18,126 bases of DNA from Bacteriovoracaceae bacterium (GTDB lineage: Bacteria > Bdellovibrionota > Bacteriovoracia > Bacteriovoracales > Bacteriovoracaceae), in assembly GCA_049599895.1 (NCBI GenBank), contig JBMYPC010000059.1, forward strand, positions 1 to 18,126, given 5' to 3'. The notes below the pieces were generated by a model. The model searched no databases. It was not told the origin of the DNA and worked only from the letters and a program-made list of their open reading frames with translations. Positions 18,125 through 18,126 of this stretch are shown in pieces (position 1 is the first letter of the stretch; each line of letters begins with the position of its first letter). The position numbers and the translations under genes were made by a program.

Positions 18125-18126
18125 TT

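Overview
AT-rich bacterial chromosomal core region. Gene content and order suggest Bdellovibrionota (Bacteriovorax/Halobacteriovorax-like); this is inference only. The + strand (1-1938) carries the end of an aromatic amino-acid catabolic operon: a partial FAH-family gene, hmgA and a flavin-reductase-like gene. The - strand carries a long housekeeping run: partial ftsK, rpsB (with S2 leader), tsf, pyrH, frr, uppS, cdsA, rseP, tsaB, a psd-like gene, pssA, an unknown lipoprotein/beta-barrel gene, truA, tig, and an 827-aa orphan coiled-coil gene. I saw no mobile elements, CRISPR arrays, tRNAs or rRNAs. The most notable points are: (1) an intact Psd homologue that appears to have lost all three catalytic residues (Asp, His, pyruvoyl Ser), next to an intact pssA and a lipoprotein/beta-barrel gene; (2) an orphan 827-aa protein with 15-residue Phe periodicity whose RBS lies inside an 18-bp hairpin; (3) a possible ATT start or +1 junction between tsaB and the psd-like gene; (4) no dxr at its usual position.
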